The position numbers were made by a program, and so were the translations under genes. Under the pieces are notes generated by a model, which was not told the DNA's origin, made no database searches, and saw only the letters and a list, made by a program, of their open reading frames with translations. This document shows positions 1 through 12,166 of a stretch of DNA of 64,000 nt, piece by piece. Source of the DNA: an uncultured Methanosarcinaceae archaeon (GTDB lineage Archaea; Halobacteriota; Methanosarcinia; Methanosarcinales; Methanosarcinaceae); the NCBI GenBank assembly GCA_963733675.1, contig CAVTET010000001.1:64001-128000 (forward strand), written 5' to 3'. Within the stretch, counting starts at the first letter, position 1; every line of letters starts with the position of its first letter.

Positions 1-357
1 TCCACAATCTTGCAGGGATGTAATGTGGGCATTGAGTTTTAACAGTTTTATTCATGGCTATGGTCAGGTCATCTATCACATAATCTAGTGCCTGAGTATC
101 GATACAACATAAAGGATCCCGATAAACCTCTGATTTTCACGAATTATTTATATCTAACTTATATAAATATGGTAAAATGTCGGAGTTTATCAAAATTTTC
201 AACAACCTAAATTATTCTAGGCTGCAGCATTAAATCAGGCAACTACAGAAGGATAACAAAAAATAAACAAAGAAAGAAAATAAAACATATACTTTTATTG
301 ATCCTTGATTTAATAAATAAGAAGGTAAATAAAATAATTAAAAAGGGTTTTTAAAAA

Positions 358-1050
358 ATGTTTAAGCAGAGATTTGTGCTGGACACTACAGCACTAACGG
401 ATCTGCAGACACGTGAGGTCATGGGCTATACTTCCCTTTGTGTAGGAATGAAAGAGATTCTTGATTTGATAGCCGATGCCCGCCTGCAGTTTGGAATAAG
501 TTGTTACGTACCCTATCCATCAGTATACAAGGAGATGTATGAATTTACAATTCGAAATGGCTGTGACAGAGAGGTTATAGCCAAGATTGATACGTGGCTG
601 GTGAAAAAATCTCCTGATCGCTATAGAGTAGATGTAACCTCTCAGATATTCCACGAATATGTATCTCATATGCGAGAAAGGATTGACCGAGGAATGGGAG
701 TTGCAGAGGATGCGGTCTGGGAGGCAGCTACTGCATGTCTCTCTATTGAATATTCGCAAAGTAAAGGAAAAGAATATAGAGAAGAGATTGAAAGAGAAGT
801 AATTGGTGGGATCATCGGCAAATTTAGGAACAAGTATCGTGCCACTCTAAGGTATGGAATTCTTGACAGTGCTCCTGATATTGATGTCCTGATTCTTGCC
901 AAGGAGCTTGATGCAGCAGTTATTGCGAGTGATTATGGAATTGAAAAATGGGCAGAACAACTTGGAGTCCGTTTTGTACCTGCAAATACTTTCCCTATGA
1001 TGATTAAAGAGTATCTGAAGCATCTTCCTGAGAATGAAAATGAATCCTAG
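358..1050 (+). CDS. PIN-domain RNA-free RNase P (HARP / UPF0278, 'RNA ligase partner' family)
   Basis: N-terminal RFVLDT motif and C-terminal [23 protein letters not shown]..DxGI..WAEQLG, typical of HARP. Confidence 0.88.
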   Translation: MFKQRFVLDTTALTDLQTREVMGYTSLCVGMKEILDLIADARLQFGISCYVPYPSVYKEMYEFTIRNGCDREVIAKIDTWLVKKSPDRYRVDVTSQIFHEYVSHMRERIDRGMGVAEDAVWEAATACLSIEYSQSKGKEYREEIEREVIGGIIGKFRNKYRATLRYGILDSAPDIDVLILAKELDAAVIASDYGIEKWAEQLGVRFVPANTFPMMIKEYLKHLPENENES

Positions 1051-1479
1051 CCTGAAACTAAGATCAAAGAAAGAAGGGACATTTGAAATAGATAAAATTC
1101 ATTTAACAAGTTTACTGGTTTTCGAAGCTCGAATAACAATAATTATCTTAAAAATAGGATTAGAAGTGTAATTATCCTCACTCATAGGGTTATATCTTCA
1201 TTTATATGGTCATGTTTTCATTGATTCCTAAGTTTGATAGTTGAGTAAATATATGTTCCTTTGTTTTTGTTGTTCTGTTCAATTAATACCATCTCAAAAC
1301 TGAGAACATTCCCTACAATTTCTAACAGCTTAAATTCTGCAGATATACACAGATGTATGATTTGTTTGCCTATTTACCCACTATTTTTCATTGAAAGTTA
1401 GATTAATTATTAAGCTACTTTCATGTTGAGAAACTAGATGGCATTTTTGCGTACATCTGTGGGAAGTAGGTAAAATAAT

Positions 1480-2300
1480 ATGGAATTCCTAATCGGATAG
1501 ATTCTTACGGTTAAATTTTTTTATGTAATACTTAATTTTGGTGAGATTTTTAGCAAGCCTAATGAAAGATTTTGGATCTAAGTAATTTATTGATAGCTGC
1601 TGAGCTATAAGCTCATCGGTAGTTTTAGCATCAAAGAAGCTGACAAATGGTTCAATCTGGAGGAAGTTATTGACATCTTTAATTTTGAAAAATTCAATGA
1701 AAAAGTTCTTTATATAATTCTTGAAATTTTGTGGGATACAAAGAGGAAATTTTATTTATCTTCTGATCAATCTATTTTAGGTTTATGATATTAAAGAAAC
1801 GGATCTAAATTTGGATGGACAAATAGAGTTCTCCAAGTACTTAATATAAACTTGGTAAGTATGGATCAGTAAGGATCATAAAACTGACGAGTTACATATA
1901 ACCGTTGGAGTTAGTAAACTCAAGAACTTATAAACGTGCCTATTGTAGTTAAGTAAATGGAGTCAAAGTTCTTACTAACAGCATTTTTCTGGCACTTATA
2001 ATCAGATGAAAAGTAGACTCAAAAAAGTTCTCTTACTATTTTTGATGAAGGAGTTTATACAGCAAATAATATTGAATTTTTGCAACAAAAAAAGATGAAG
2101 TACCTAATATACATGAAACTTTTCATCTAGTTCTTTAGCAATACTTTAAGCAGGCAAAGCTAAGATTTCACTTACTCTGAAATTAGTTATGATCTTTTTC
2201 ATCTTTCTGGGTGGGGACATCTTGCGGGTAAGATTCAGCTACAGTAGTTAGTATGGCTTTTTCAACTCTCAAATACTTCTCAAATATACCTGTTTCAACA
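1480..2300 (+). pseudogene. Degraded IS1634-like transposase remnant
   Basis: Broken frames read ETDLNL-WT..KLGKYG-SKDHKTDELHITVGVS..FSGTYNQMKSRLKKSSLTIFDEG, resembling IS1634 transposase (GYSRDHRPD..QITVGVS); many stops; boundaries approximate. Confidence 0.6.
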
Positions 2301-2353
2301 GGAAACTCGCAGAACGTTTATATACTATTTAATATGTATTTGATGAAATTTCC

Positions 2354-3271
2354 TTACTTTCCATGTTTATTTTTTTCCTGAATTAAATTGATTATTTGTC
2401 TGTTTAGGGTTACTATGAGATCACTGAGGATGCCAAAAATAAACATCTGCAGACCGAATATTGTGAACAGGGCTGTGAGAACAGAAAGTTGAACACGTGT
2501 GACTCCCTGGAACCACTGGGATATCACAAAGACTCCCGAAATCAGGCCTGCCAGAATAAAAAAAGAGCCTATGATCCCAAAGTAAAACATTGGGTTATGT
2601 ACTTTTGCAAGCTTGTAGATAGTAGAACCAATTCTGAACCCATCTTTTACCGGACTTAGTTTGGTTGCACCTTCTTTGCTTCTAGGGAGGTAAGTAATTG
2701 GGACTTCTAGAACCCTCTGCTTTTTAAGGATGCATTCTACAGAAATTTCAGTCTCAATTTCAAAGCCTGTTTTGTTAAGTTCCAGTTCCTTTACACTCTC
2801 AAGAGTAAATGCACGATAACCTGAGAGAATGTCCTTTAAATTTACACCGTATGCAATGCCAAAAAACATGTTTATTAGACGGTTGCCCATCAAGTTAAGC
2901 TTTGTAAAAGCTCTTGGAGAATAATTTTCAAGCCGGTTACCAATTACATGGTCGGCTCTTCCTTCCTGAACAGGTCCGAGAAGAGCTGGAGCTTCACAAG
3001 CAAGATATGTCCCGTCCCCATCAACCATTACTACATAGGGGCTATCTATAAGCCTAAAAGCCTGGATCACCGCTTGCCCTTTACCTTTTCCGGTCTGAAT
3101 GATAACTTTTGCTCCTTTAGCTTCCGCAATTTGACTTGTGTCGTCTTTGCTGTTTCCGTCAATCACCAGAATATTAAAAAAACCCTCTTTTTTGAAATCT
3201 TCGATAACCTGTCCTATTGTCGCAGCTTCGTTCAGAGTGGGAATAAGAATACATACGTCTACGCTGTTCAA
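2354..3271 (-). CDS. aglJ: GT2 glycosyltransferase, AglJ-like dolichol-phosphate glycosyltransferase
   Basis: LIPTLNE, VIDGNSKD, DGDGTY and DILSGYRAF motifs; two C-terminal TM helices. Confidence 0.75.
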   Translation of the reverse strand: MNSVDVCILIPTLNEAATIGQVIEDFKKEGFFNILVIDGNSKDDTSQIAEAKGAKVIIQTGKGKGQAVIQAFRLIDSPYVVMVDGDGTYLACEAPALLGPVQEGRADHVIGNRLENYSPRAFTKLNLMGNRLINMFFGIAYGVNLKDILSGYRAFTLESVKELELNKTGFEIETEISVECILKKQRVLEVPITYLPRSKEGATKLSPVKDGFRIGSTIYKLAKVHNPMFYFGIIGSFFILAGLISGVFVISQWFQGVTRVQLSVLTALFTIFGLQMFIFGILSDLIVTLNRQIINLIQEKNKHGK

Positions 3272-3403
3272 GTTTCACACATATCCTTTGCTTGAATCCT
3301 ATGCCTATCGCAGAGACCATTTTATTGTGACTTTCGATAATCTCCTTTTCCGTAGAAAAAAATCCATGAGGGGTATATATTTAATGCGATAGATTGATGG
3401 TTC

Positions 3404-3955
3404 TTATAAAAGGCCCATGTTGTCAAGCTGCTGGCGGACGACTTTGACACCCTTTTCGCAATCTTGAGGGGACTTGCCACCTGTAACGACCAATTTTCCG
3501 GAACTGAAAATCAGAACAACTACCTTGGGTTCATCGATCCTGTATACAAGTCCTGGAAACTGCTCGGGTTCATATTCAATGTTTTCCAGTCCAAGCCCGA
3601 TTGCAATTGCATTAAGGTTCAGAATGGTGTGTAGATCTGCTGAAGCAACAATATTTTGGACAGTAATATCGGGATTTTCTAGGGTCTTGATTCCTATGCT
3701 GTTAAGCTTTTTTGCCATATTACCTATAACTGTGTGCACATCGGCTACATTTTTTGCTCCTGTACAGACAACTTTTCCAGAGGTAAAGACTAGGAATGCA
3801 GCTTTTGGATCTGAAACCCTGTAAACGAGCCCAGGAAACTTCTGTTTATTGTACTCAGCTCCTTCGAACTCAGATTCTATTACCATTAAATCGAATTCTT
3901 CAGCGAGTTTGGTGGATGCGACCACGTTTTCGATCTTTATACTAGATTCGCTCAT
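3404..3955 (-). CDS. tbp: TATA-box binding protein
   Basis: Two repeats of NVVAS/NIVAS..FPGLVYR..FxSGK. Confidence 0.97.
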   Translation of the reverse strand: MSESSIKIENVVASTKLAEEFDLMVIESEFEGAEYNKQKFPGLVYRVSDPKAAFLVFTSGKVVCTGAKNVADVHTVIGNMAKKLNSIGIKTLENPDITVQNIVASADLHTILNLNAIAIGLGLENIEYEPEQFPGLVYRIDEPKVVVLIFSSGKLVVTGGKSPQDCEKGVKVVRQQLDNMGLL

Positions 3956-4139
3956 TCGTCAACCCTCAGTATATAAAGCAAAAGTAATATCCTCTAACCG
4001 ATATATAAAGCTATAGTTAAATGCCCCGTATGGTTTATAAATACTTTATATATGAAATACAAATCAAGCATAAATATTTAAATTAAAGTTCCAGCTTTTA
4101 TAACAAATTAAGAGAAATTAAGGCTGCACCATCGGTTTT

Positions 4140-5279
4140 TCAGGCGCCTCGGTTTTCAAATTTACTCAGACCTTTAAGAATAGAATCATATTTTTTGCAT
4201 ACCCTTTCGAGGAGATCGCCCTCTACATTGTGGTGAGTGGGTATTAGGATTTGACCTCCTCTCTCTATTTTTATGTCGCTTCTTAAAGTCCCGCAGTCTG
4301 GAGCAATAAGAATGCCTTCTGAAGAAATTACAAGAGAAAGGTCATTTATGATCCTTGAGACCATTTCAGTTGCTGGTTTTACCTTTTTCTCAATGAGAAC
4401 AGAGGAAGAAACATACTTTCCCCTGGTATCCCTTATTTTCTTGAGAGTATTTTCCACTGCTTCAGGGTCTACTTCATTAGTAAGTTCCTCAGATAATAAG
4501 GAGACTGCTTTTGCAAGATCTTCAAAGGTTGTCGAATGAATTTCAAGGATTTTCCCGTCAAAGTACTGTCTCAAAGTATCAATATAACCTGCAGAGACTA
4601 CAAGCACATCAACCTCAAGCAAACGTGAGATCTCTTCTTTTGAAGGCGAGTAGGCATTAACAACAAAGTACTCTTTAATTCCACACATGCTCATGAGAGA
4701 TTCATACATAGGAGTCACAGCAACAGTTCTTCTTCCAATCCACAAGTTGATCTCACTTTGCCCACCCTGCGACTTTAGAAGTTCAAGAATTTTCTCCTTT
4801 ATGGCTTTCGGATCATTTTTCATAAGCCCAAAATAATCTGCAAAAAGAGAAGTCGTGGAAAGCTGCCTGCTTTTCCCGCAGGGTATGGATTCTACAAATC
4901 CTCGCTTTATCAGATCCTTAATATGATCATAAGCGCCACTGCCTCTCATATCAATAAGATCTGACTGTAGCAAAGGCTGATGATATGCAACCATCGAAAG
5001 AGTGCGGAGTTTAGGGGATGATAGCTCTTTTGGTGCAACTTCCTGCATAAGTTCTGCATATTCGGGCTTGACCTGCATAACATAACGATCTCCAAGGTTT
5101 ATAATCTCGAGGGCAGATATTCTGGAAGAATAAGCCTTCATTAGCTCCTTTAATGCCAAAAGAACAGCTTTTTTGGGTTTCCCGCTTATTTTTGTAAGCT
5201 TCTCGAGGCTTATTGCACTGCCAGTAGCAAAAAGAGCTGCTTCGATAATTTCAAATTCATACATAAGTTTCACGTCCAT
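4140..5279 (-). CDS. scpB: SMC-Scp complex subunit ScpB with C-terminal extension
   Basis: IIEAALFA, LRTLSMVAYHQP and TTSLFADYFGL; downstream of scpA and smc. Confidence 0.9.
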   Translation of the reverse strand: MDVKLMYEFEIIEAALFATGSAISLEKLTKISGKPKKAVLLALKELMKAYSSRISALEIINLGDRYVMQVKPEYAELMQEVAPKELSSPKLRTLSMVAYHQPLLQSDLIDMRGSGAYDHIKDLIKRGFVESIPCGKSRQLSTTSLFADYFGLMKNDPKAIKEKILELLKSQGGQSEINLWIGRRTVAVTPMYESLMSMCGIKEYFVVNAYSPSKEEISRLLEVDVLVVSAGYIDTLRQYFDGKILEIHSTTFEDLAKAVSLLSEELTNEVDPEAVENTLKKIRDTRGKYVSSSVLIEKKVKPATEMVSRIINDLSLVISSEGILIAPDCGTLRSDIKIERGGQILIPTHHNVEGDLLERVCKKYDSILKGLSKFENRGA

Positions 5280-5471
5280 AAAAGGAATAAAAACTAATCA
5301 GATTATCTATTCTTCAAGTGGATTTAGCTTTATATGTTTCAATTAAAAATAATGACTTTGGTAATGTTTTTTCAGGCCAATTATCCACTTACTCGTCCAG
5401 AAAGACGTCACTTATTAAATTTGCTTCAAAAGAGTTCGGAGTCTGATACCTTGAAAATTCGCTTTTTGATT

Positions 5472-6383
5472 CTATAACTTAATCTCATGAAATAAAGGGG
5501 GATTATTCTCAGTGGAAAAGCCAGATTCTTCTCCTGGGTATATATATAGTTCCCCAAATAGCTCATTCTGGAAAAGCCAAATTTTTCTGTTTGAAGCCAG
5601 AAAGAGAAGAGATAGATAATCCATAATCCTATCTTCACTTATTTTGAGGAAGCTGGAAAAAAGCACTACAGGCTGAATCATAAATAATTCTGCAAGACTG
5701 GCCCAGATAAGTACCAGCCGCGAGCTAATGGCTTCTTCATGCGCAATACCTAGGACATCACCGGTATTTAGGTGAATATCTTCATGAAGATGAAGTTGTT
5801 CTGAAGCTCTAAGAGCTTTCTTTTCATTTTTTTTGGAAATGGTTTTCTCGACTTTTTTGAGTTCAAGCATCAACTCATTGAGTGTAACTGGCCTAGTTGA
5901 AGTGCGGCGTATCGGAAACTTCGGGAGAGGAAAGTCTTCAGGTTCAGGCAGATTTAGTTCGTCTACAAAATCAGAATCAAATTCTTTAATTTCTTCCTCC
6001 TCTACTTCTAGAATTCTCGAGGATTTCATACGAAGAAGAATGGCAGAATAAAGAAGTGTTCGTGAGGAAATTCTGAGGTCCATTTTCTTGAGCTCCTCAA
6101 CCCTTCCAAGGAAACCGTCGGTGAGCTGTACAATATCGATATCCCATGGATCTATTTTTCCACCCTTAGCAAGCTCAACCAGTATGCCAAGGGGTTCAAA
6201 TGTCTCAAACTCAGAAATATCAATCAAATTCCAATCAATTCCAAGGTGTGAAAGAGTCTTTGGAAGCCCATAGGTTTCGGGATCTAAAAAAAAAGAGTTA
6301 TTTTCCTCAGATTCACGGAAATTATGACCCGATAGGTTGGGAACTTCAATTGTCACACCCACGTTATCCATAAGTTCAGCCAT
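5472..6383 (-). CDS. scpA: Kleisin ScpA
   Basis: IDPWDIDIVQLTD..LLYSAILLRMKS..RPVTLNELMLEL; overlaps the smc stop. Confidence 0.92.
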   Translation of the reverse strand: MAELMDNVGVTIEVPNLSGHNFRESEENNSFFLDPETYGLPKTLSHLGIDWNLIDISEFETFEPLGILVELAKGGKIDPWDIDIVQLTDGFLGRVEELKKMDLRISSRTLLYSAILLRMKSSRILEVEEEEIKEFDSDFVDELNLPEPEDFPLPKFPIRRTSTRPVTLNELMLELKKVEKTISKKNEKKALRASEQLHLHEDIHLNTGDVLGIAHEEAISSRLVLIWASLAELFMIQPVVLFSSFLKISEDRIMDYLSLLFLASNRKIWLFQNELFGELYIYPGEESGFSTENNPPLFHEIKL

Positions 6384-9300
6384 TAAGCTTCACTCCAGTA
6401 ATGCTAGTGATGTTATTTTCCTGCATTGTGACCCCTATTGTTCTGCTTGCAGCCTGAATCATGGGTTTTCGTAAAGAGACAACAATAAACTGAACTTTTG
6501 ATCCTGAGGATTTAATTCGCCTTGAAACTCTCTCCACATTCCAACCGTCCAGAAACATATCAATTTCATCAAAGGCATAAAAAGGAGCAGGACGGTACTG
6601 CTGAATCGCAAAAATGAACGCAAGAGCTGTAAGGCTTTTTTCTCCTCCTGACATGGATTCGATCCGTTGAAGAGTTTTTTCCTTGGGCTGGGCCCGGAGG
6701 GTCATACCTCCTGCAAAAGGATTAGCGGGGTCTTCAAGTAAGAGCTCACCCATGCCCTCGGAAAGCTCAAGAAAGATATCTTTAAAATTGGCATTGATGA
6801 TTGTATAAGCTTCCATAAAAGAATCCCGCTTTAATTGTTCGTACTGGTCTATACGTTCAAGTAGTTGCTTCCTTTCAGTAGAAAGGATATCCCGCTTTTC
6901 CTGAAGATTCAAAAGCCTGAGTTCTACCTCTTCATACTCGTCAATTGCTCTCATGTTTATTGGCTCAAGTCTCATGAGAGCTTCTTCGATTGCTTGAATC
7001 CGCATATAAATGGTTTCGTAATTTGGGACTTCATATGTTTCTTTTATGCCTCTCCTCTGGACTTCTTCAGTGAACTTTTTTTCTTGGTCAAGAAGCGCAT
7101 TTCTAGTAGCTGTAAGCGTAAACACCTGCTGTTTTGCATTTTCAAGGGTGTTTGCAGCAATGCTAACCCTGCGCTTCACAGTGCTGTGTTCTATCTTAAC
7201 ACTATCTCTTTCTGTTTGAAGCTCTATCAGCTTATCGGAAAGCTCAAGTTCAAGAGTCTTCTTTTCATCGAGTTTTTCTTTGAGTTCCTTTATTTTTACC
7301 TTTAGAGAATCAACTTTTTTAAGCTTTGAGTTTTTCTTTTCATCAAGATCCCCGATGATTTTCTTTGCATCGGCAATTTTCTGTTCAACGTATTCTTTTT
7401 CAAGCTTCAGAGCATTCAGGTTAGCCTCGATATCCCTGATTCTACCTTCAAGTCTTCTTAGTTCCTGGTCAACGGACTCCAGCTTTTTATTGATCTCAGG
7501 TAGAGGAGAATCAGCAAGTTTTGCCTCAAGTTCGGAAATATGTGCTTCAATTTCAGCTGTAGATTTTTCTTTTTCGCTTTTTTCTGCAATAATTTTATCC
7601 ATCTCAACCCGGAGTTCAGTCCTTGAGTTCTCTATTGCTTTAAGATCTGTTTGTTTAGTTTCCAGAAGTTCTGCAAACTTGGCTCCTCGCCCTGCTATTT
7701 CCTCTAGCTGGTGTCCCTTTCGAGAAATCGTAACTTCACAGTCCCTAATTTTCCGGCTCAATTCAAAAAGATGACTTTCAATGTTATCCTGTTTGCTTAT
7801 AGCTGCAGTCCGGCTTGTATCTAAAGAATTTATCTCTTCTGCAAGCTCAAGAAGTTTATCTTTTTCCGCAGCCTCAAAGGTAATTCCAGATTTTGAAGAA
7901 AGGAACCCTCCTATCATTGCCCCGCTCTTTTCCAGGAGTTCCCCTTCAAGGGTAACCATTCTTGCCTTTCCCATGAGTTGGCGAGCACTGGCTAAATTTT
8001 CCGTCACAAGGGTATCCTGGAATACATACCAGAAGGCAGGTTCAAAATGAGAATCGAATTCGAGAAGATCAATTGCATATCCTATGACACCATTTTCATA
8101 ATTGAGATTTTCAAGACTTCTAGATTTTTTCATTTTGTTGAGTGGAAGAAAGGTAACTCTTCCTCCTTTTCTGCGCTTTAAGTATTCGATTGCTTCAGCA
8201 GCTTCGGCATCGGTGTCTACAACAATTGCTTGCATTCTATTTCCTGCGGCAATTTCCAGAGCTGTTGCATACCTCCTGTCCACTTTTCCCAGCTGGGCAA
8301 TTGTACCATGAATTCCGAAAAGTTCCTCTTGCATAAAAGCTTCGATCACCATTTCGACAGCTTTGGAATAGCTTCCTCCTTGTTCAGATGCCCTGATCCT
8401 CGCTTCAGTAATTGCATATTCTTGCTGCAGGCTATGAAGCTTGCTCTCGAGTTTCCTGATATCTTCCTTGATTCTGAAATGACTGCCTTCGATATCGTTA
8501 TTATCTTTTATAAAAGATTCCATATTTTTGGAAAGCATTTCGATTTCGTACTGGACAGAAAGTGTGTCACTATCGGAACTAGAGGCTGTTGCTTCAGCAT
8601 CTTGGATCTGTTTTTCTATCTCCCTAAGTTCCGAAGATCTTCTCCTGAGAGTATCTAAAAGTCTGTCCTCAGTTCGAATGAGCTCATTTCTCTCATTCTT
8701 TATACTCTCAAGTTCCCTTCTGGCAGCCATGAGCTCGTCTCTTGTCACGGCAAATTTTGTATCCACATCAGCAATCTTGCTATGGAGTAATATGCACTCT
8801 GTTTTGCGCTCGGAAAGCTCTGATGATATACTATCCTTTCTAAGGTTTTCAACTTCTATTTTTTCTTCAATTTCCTTGATGTTGTTCTTGTTAAAATCGA
8901 TATCTATAAAGGCTTTCCTACGTTTTGAATCAGCTTCCTCAAATTCATCTTCCAAAAGTTCAATGCTATCTGTACAGCGCGAAATTTCTCCCTTGATCTC
9001 TTCTATTTCCCTCTTGACGTGGAGTTGTTCATCTTCCCCTTTTTTGCGGATTTCAAGAGAAATTTTTTCAAGAGTCTCTTCAAGGGCTTGGATTTCCTGT
9101 GTTCTCTCGTTTAACAAAGCCTGCACTTTTTCGAGATGTTCTTCTTTTCTGACCAGCTCGTTATTCACGTTATTCAGTTCAATCCTTGCATCCTTTAGTT
9201 TAGAAAGCAAAATGTAGCCCTCAAAGTTAACTTTTTCAGCCTTGAGTGCCTGGTATTTTAAGGCTTGATCACGCTCTCCGGTCAATTTTCCCAGTTGAAT

Positions 9301-9903
9301 TCTTACTTCCTCTAGAATTATATCAACACGTTCGATTTGCTGTCTGACAACTTCCAGTTCTCCAAAAGATTTTTGCTTGCGTTCTTCAAATTCCGTAACC
9401 CCTGCAATTTCATCGATAACCTTTCGCCGTTCTACAGAGGTCATGGAGGTAATCTGTGTGACATCCCCTTGCATTACCACATTATAACCTTCAGGAGTCA
9501 CACCGGCTTTTGCGAGCTGAAAATGTATCTCTCCAAGGTTTACATTTCTTCCATTGAAGTAAAAGTAGCTATAGTATCCGCTTTTAGTCCGCCGGACCTT
9601 TCTTGAGATCTCAACTTCGTCAAGTTCCAGAGGTAGCTTGCGGTCGGAATTGTCAAAACGAATTGTAACTTGGGCAAAATCAGGTTTTTTTGCTTCTTCA
9701 CCGTTGTAAATCAGATCAGTGAGTTTCTCGGCTCGAAGAGTTCTGGAACTTGTAAGCCCTAGTGCAAAGAGAATCCCATCTATTATGTTTGATTTTCCAC
9801 TACCATTAGGGCCGGAAATTGTGGTAAAGTCGTTATAAAATGAAATCTTTACTTTTTTTCCGAAGGATTTAAAATTAACGAATTCAATCTCTTTTATGTA
9901 CAC
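6376..9903 (-). CDS. smc: Chromosome segregation protein SMC
   Basis: Walker A GPNGSGKSN, hinge GRVTFLPL, signature MSGGEKS, Walker B FDEID, long coiled coils. Confidence 0.98.
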   Translation of the reverse strand: MYIKEIEFVNFKSFGKKVKISFYNDFTTISGPNGSGKSNIIDGILFALGLTSSRTLRAEKLTDLIYNGEEAKKPDFAQVTIRFDNSDRKLPLELDEVEISRKVRRTKSGYYSYFYFNGRNVNLGEIHFQLAKAGVTPEGYNVVMQGDVTQITSMTSVERRKVIDEIAGVTEFEERKQKSFGELEVVRQQIERVDIILEEVRIQLGKLTGERDQALKYQALKAEKVNFEGYILLSKLKDARIELNNVNNELVRKEEHLEKVQALLNERTQEIQALEETLEKISLEIRKKGEDEQLHVKREIEEIKGEISRCTDSIELLEDEFEEADSKRRKAFIDIDFNKNNIKEIEEKIEVENLRKDSISSELSERKTECILLHSKIADVDTKFAVTRDELMAARRELESIKNERNELIRTEDRLLDTLRRRSSELREIEKQIQDAEATASSSDSDTLSVQYEIEMLSKNMESFIKDNNDIEGSHFRIKEDIRKLESKLHSLQQEYAITEARIRASEQGGSYSKAVEMVIEAFMQEELFGIHGTIAQLGKVDRRYATALEIAAGNRMQAIVVDTDAEAAEAIEYLKRRKGGRVTFLPLNKMKKSRSLENLNYENGVIGYAIDLLEFDSHFEPAFWYVFQDTLVTENLASARQLMGKARMVTLEGELLEKSGAMIGGFLSSKSGITFEAAEKDKLLELAEEINSLDTSRTAAISKQDNIESHLFELSRKIRDCEVTISRKGHQLEEIAGRGAKFAELLETKQTDLKAIENSRTELRVEMDKIIAEKSEKEKSTAEIEAHISELEAKLADSPLPEINKKLESVDQELRRLEGRIRDIEANLNALKLEKEYVEQKIADAKKIIGDLDEKKNSKLKKVDSLKVKIKELKEKLDEKKTLELELSDKLIELQTERDSVKIEHSTVKRRVSIAANTLENAKQQVFTLTATRNALLDQEKKFTEEVQRRGIKETYEVPNYETIYMRIQAIEEALMRLEPINMRAIDEYEEVELRLLNLQEKRDILSTERKQLLERIDQYEQLKRDSFMEAYTIINANFKDIFLELSEGMGELLLEDPANPFAGGMTLRAQPKEKTLQRIESMSGGEKSLTALAFIFAIQQYRPAPFYAFDEIDMFLDGWNVERVSRRIKSSGSKVQFIVVSLRKPMIQAASRTIGVTMQENNITSITGVKLNG

Positions 9904-9952
9904 AGAATGCCTCTTTAATTTGCGTTTTTGAGGATGTTTCTGTTTTTAAGCC

Positions 9953-10864
9953 TCAATCTGCTCTGAAATTTTTCCGGCTGCAGATGATAAGTTCTGCGTC
10001 CTCTGTTTCTCTCGTTTCCACAGACTCTTCTACTAAATGCTTTTTTGGAGCCTTTTCAGCAATTATATATTCACACTTATAATCATCTGCAGGTATTGCT
10101 CTCATAAAATCTCCCCTTTCAGTGGCATTCTGTCTCATAGTGGATAGCTTTTTGGTAGATTGCTGTCTCATAGGCTCCACTTTCCTCGAAAGCTGCTGAT
10201 TTATATTGCCTTTATATAGTCTTTTATCCCCGCTCTCGGCAATAATATACTCACATTTTGGTTCAATTTTTTCTTTATCTTGTTCTTTTGGCTCTACCTC
10301 TTCAAGCTTTAACTGAACTTTTGCACTGGTGCCTGGTAGGTGGGTAGAAGCTTCCCCAAAATCAATCATTCTATCTGTTGGAGTTTCGTTTTTAAATTCT
10401 GAGCTATGTCTGATCTTTCTGGAAAGAGAAGGGTGATCCAGAGGATCTTCAAGTGAAGGAACTAAAACAGGAGAGAAGGGTTCAAGAGTAGTGTTTTTCA
10501 TATCTTCTAGTTTTTTAGTGAGATTTTCGATTTCTGTTCTCAGTTTTTTCACAATCATTTTTTGGTCAAGTAATTCCCGAATGAGACCGTCTTGAACTCC
10601 CGCTAGTTCTCTTAGCCGTCGATCAGTTGTTTCCAAATTATTTTTTTCGGAAGCATTCAATTCAATTTTCAAATCATTGAGGATGGAAGTCTTGAGTAAT
10701 GCAGGATTAGGAATTTCTATCAATTCAGTTCTGATATTGGAAAGTATGGTATCCTTTAAGTATTGCTGATCGGAAATTTTTTCCATTTCGGCTTGCAGTT
10801 CGTTGAGAACCGAAACCTTAATAGATTTCTTGAGAGTCTCAAGCTCCTCACAGCTTATTGACAT
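9953..10864 (-). CDS. Hypothetical protein (N-terminal coiled coil, repeated KCEYIIAE motif) immediately upstream of smc
   Basis: Long ORF; likely start is the ATG at 10864 after AGGGGA; 49 bp from smc. Confidence 0.7.
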   Translation of the reverse strand: MSISCEELETLKKSIKVSVLNELQAEMEKISDQQYLKDTILSNIRTELIEIPNPALLKTSILNDLKIELNASEKNNLETTDRRLRELAGVQDGLIRELLDQKMIVKKLRTEIENLTKKLEDMKNTTLEPFSPVLVPSLEDPLDHPSLSRKIRHSSEFKNETPTDRMIDFGEASTHLPGTSAKVQLKLEEVEPKEQDKEKIEPKCEYIIAESGDKRLYKGNINQQLSRKVEPMRQQSTKKLSTMRQNATERGDFMRAIPADDYKCEYIIAEKAPKKHLVEESVETRETEDAELIICSRKNFRAD

Positions 10865-12166
10865 TCCCCTTTTTGGTATATTGTGCACGTCCCTCTGTCT
10901 AGTTCTCATAAAATACCTCATATCTGGTCCACATCTTTGATTGCCTGCAGTTTTTTGCCAGCAGGGCATATAAGCATAACTATAGCGAATTTCTGTAATC
11001 CTAAATTTGTTTTATGCTTATAAATGATCTATAAATGACCTGTGAAAATCAGAGGTCTATCTAAATCCTCTGTAGTAAATTGATTCTCTAAGACAAATTT
11101 AAATAATGTGTATAATTTACATGTGATCTTACTTTATATATATATGGTGATTGATAGTAGTTTTTCATTCTCAAATTAAGTCCCTTTTTCTTATATTATT
11201 AATAAGAATAATTCGAAGATCTTTCCATCATATGGGGAATATCCATCAATCTAATTCTAAGCGTCGTGACATTCTAACTCTTATTATAAAATAGCTAACT
11301 TGCATAGTTCTGATCGCAAAATTTGTGAATTTTTCACATATTGATTCATTTTTGATTAAAATATCCAAATTTAGCGCAGACGCTACATAAGTTGGATAAA
11401 CGCCAATACTTTGAAAGATAAATAACTATTAATATATTTAAAAGAAGAATGCTATATATATAATTTACTCGCGAAAAATTATAAAATATGGCTATTTTTG
11501 CGATTCGACTATATAATCAGCCAATATGATATATTTCTATTTATAATTCATTCATGCTTAACATCTAAAATAATGTTAGATTCAATATCCTTTTTCATTT
11601 TAATTGGTTGAAGGCGGTTGACTGTTAAAGATGAGAAATGGGATTATTTTTAACCTATTCAAGGTAATTTTAAGGATCGGATACAATAATCACAAGGAAG
11701 TAAATCAGAACATTTATTGTGAAGACTTAGAATTAATCGAATTTTGAAGGAGAAGGAAAAGCATGAATCATCTTTACTAACTGATATAGTTTACCCACAA
11801 AGGATACTAAAATATCTAAAGAGGAGTGCATACAATTGTCTAAACATAACATGTGAGGCTCACAGGATCAGCGTAATTGTTTCGCGGAGTTATTTTGCAG
11901 ATTTTTTCCAACTTCATTGCTCTTACTAATTTAATAAAATTTATCTTTGGTAAACTATATAGATATTTATTTTAGTTTTCAATGGACAAAATAACACAAA
12001 CAAAGGCATTTCTTTACTCAACTGTCACATTTAAATTTTGAAGCTGAGAGAATAGAGGTTACAATATGAGCTACATTTGAAGTGAAATATGATTCAAAAG
12101 GAATAACCTTAAGATAGATTCTTCAAAATATATTTTCGCCACCGTATTCATAGACTTCTCGAGTTC

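Noticed and set aside
6865-9606. Long plus-strand ORFs opposite smc (similar ones oppose mcm, fmd and nfn)
   Set aside because: Antisense shadows of strongly coding genes, Ser/Leu/Phe-rich with no motifs
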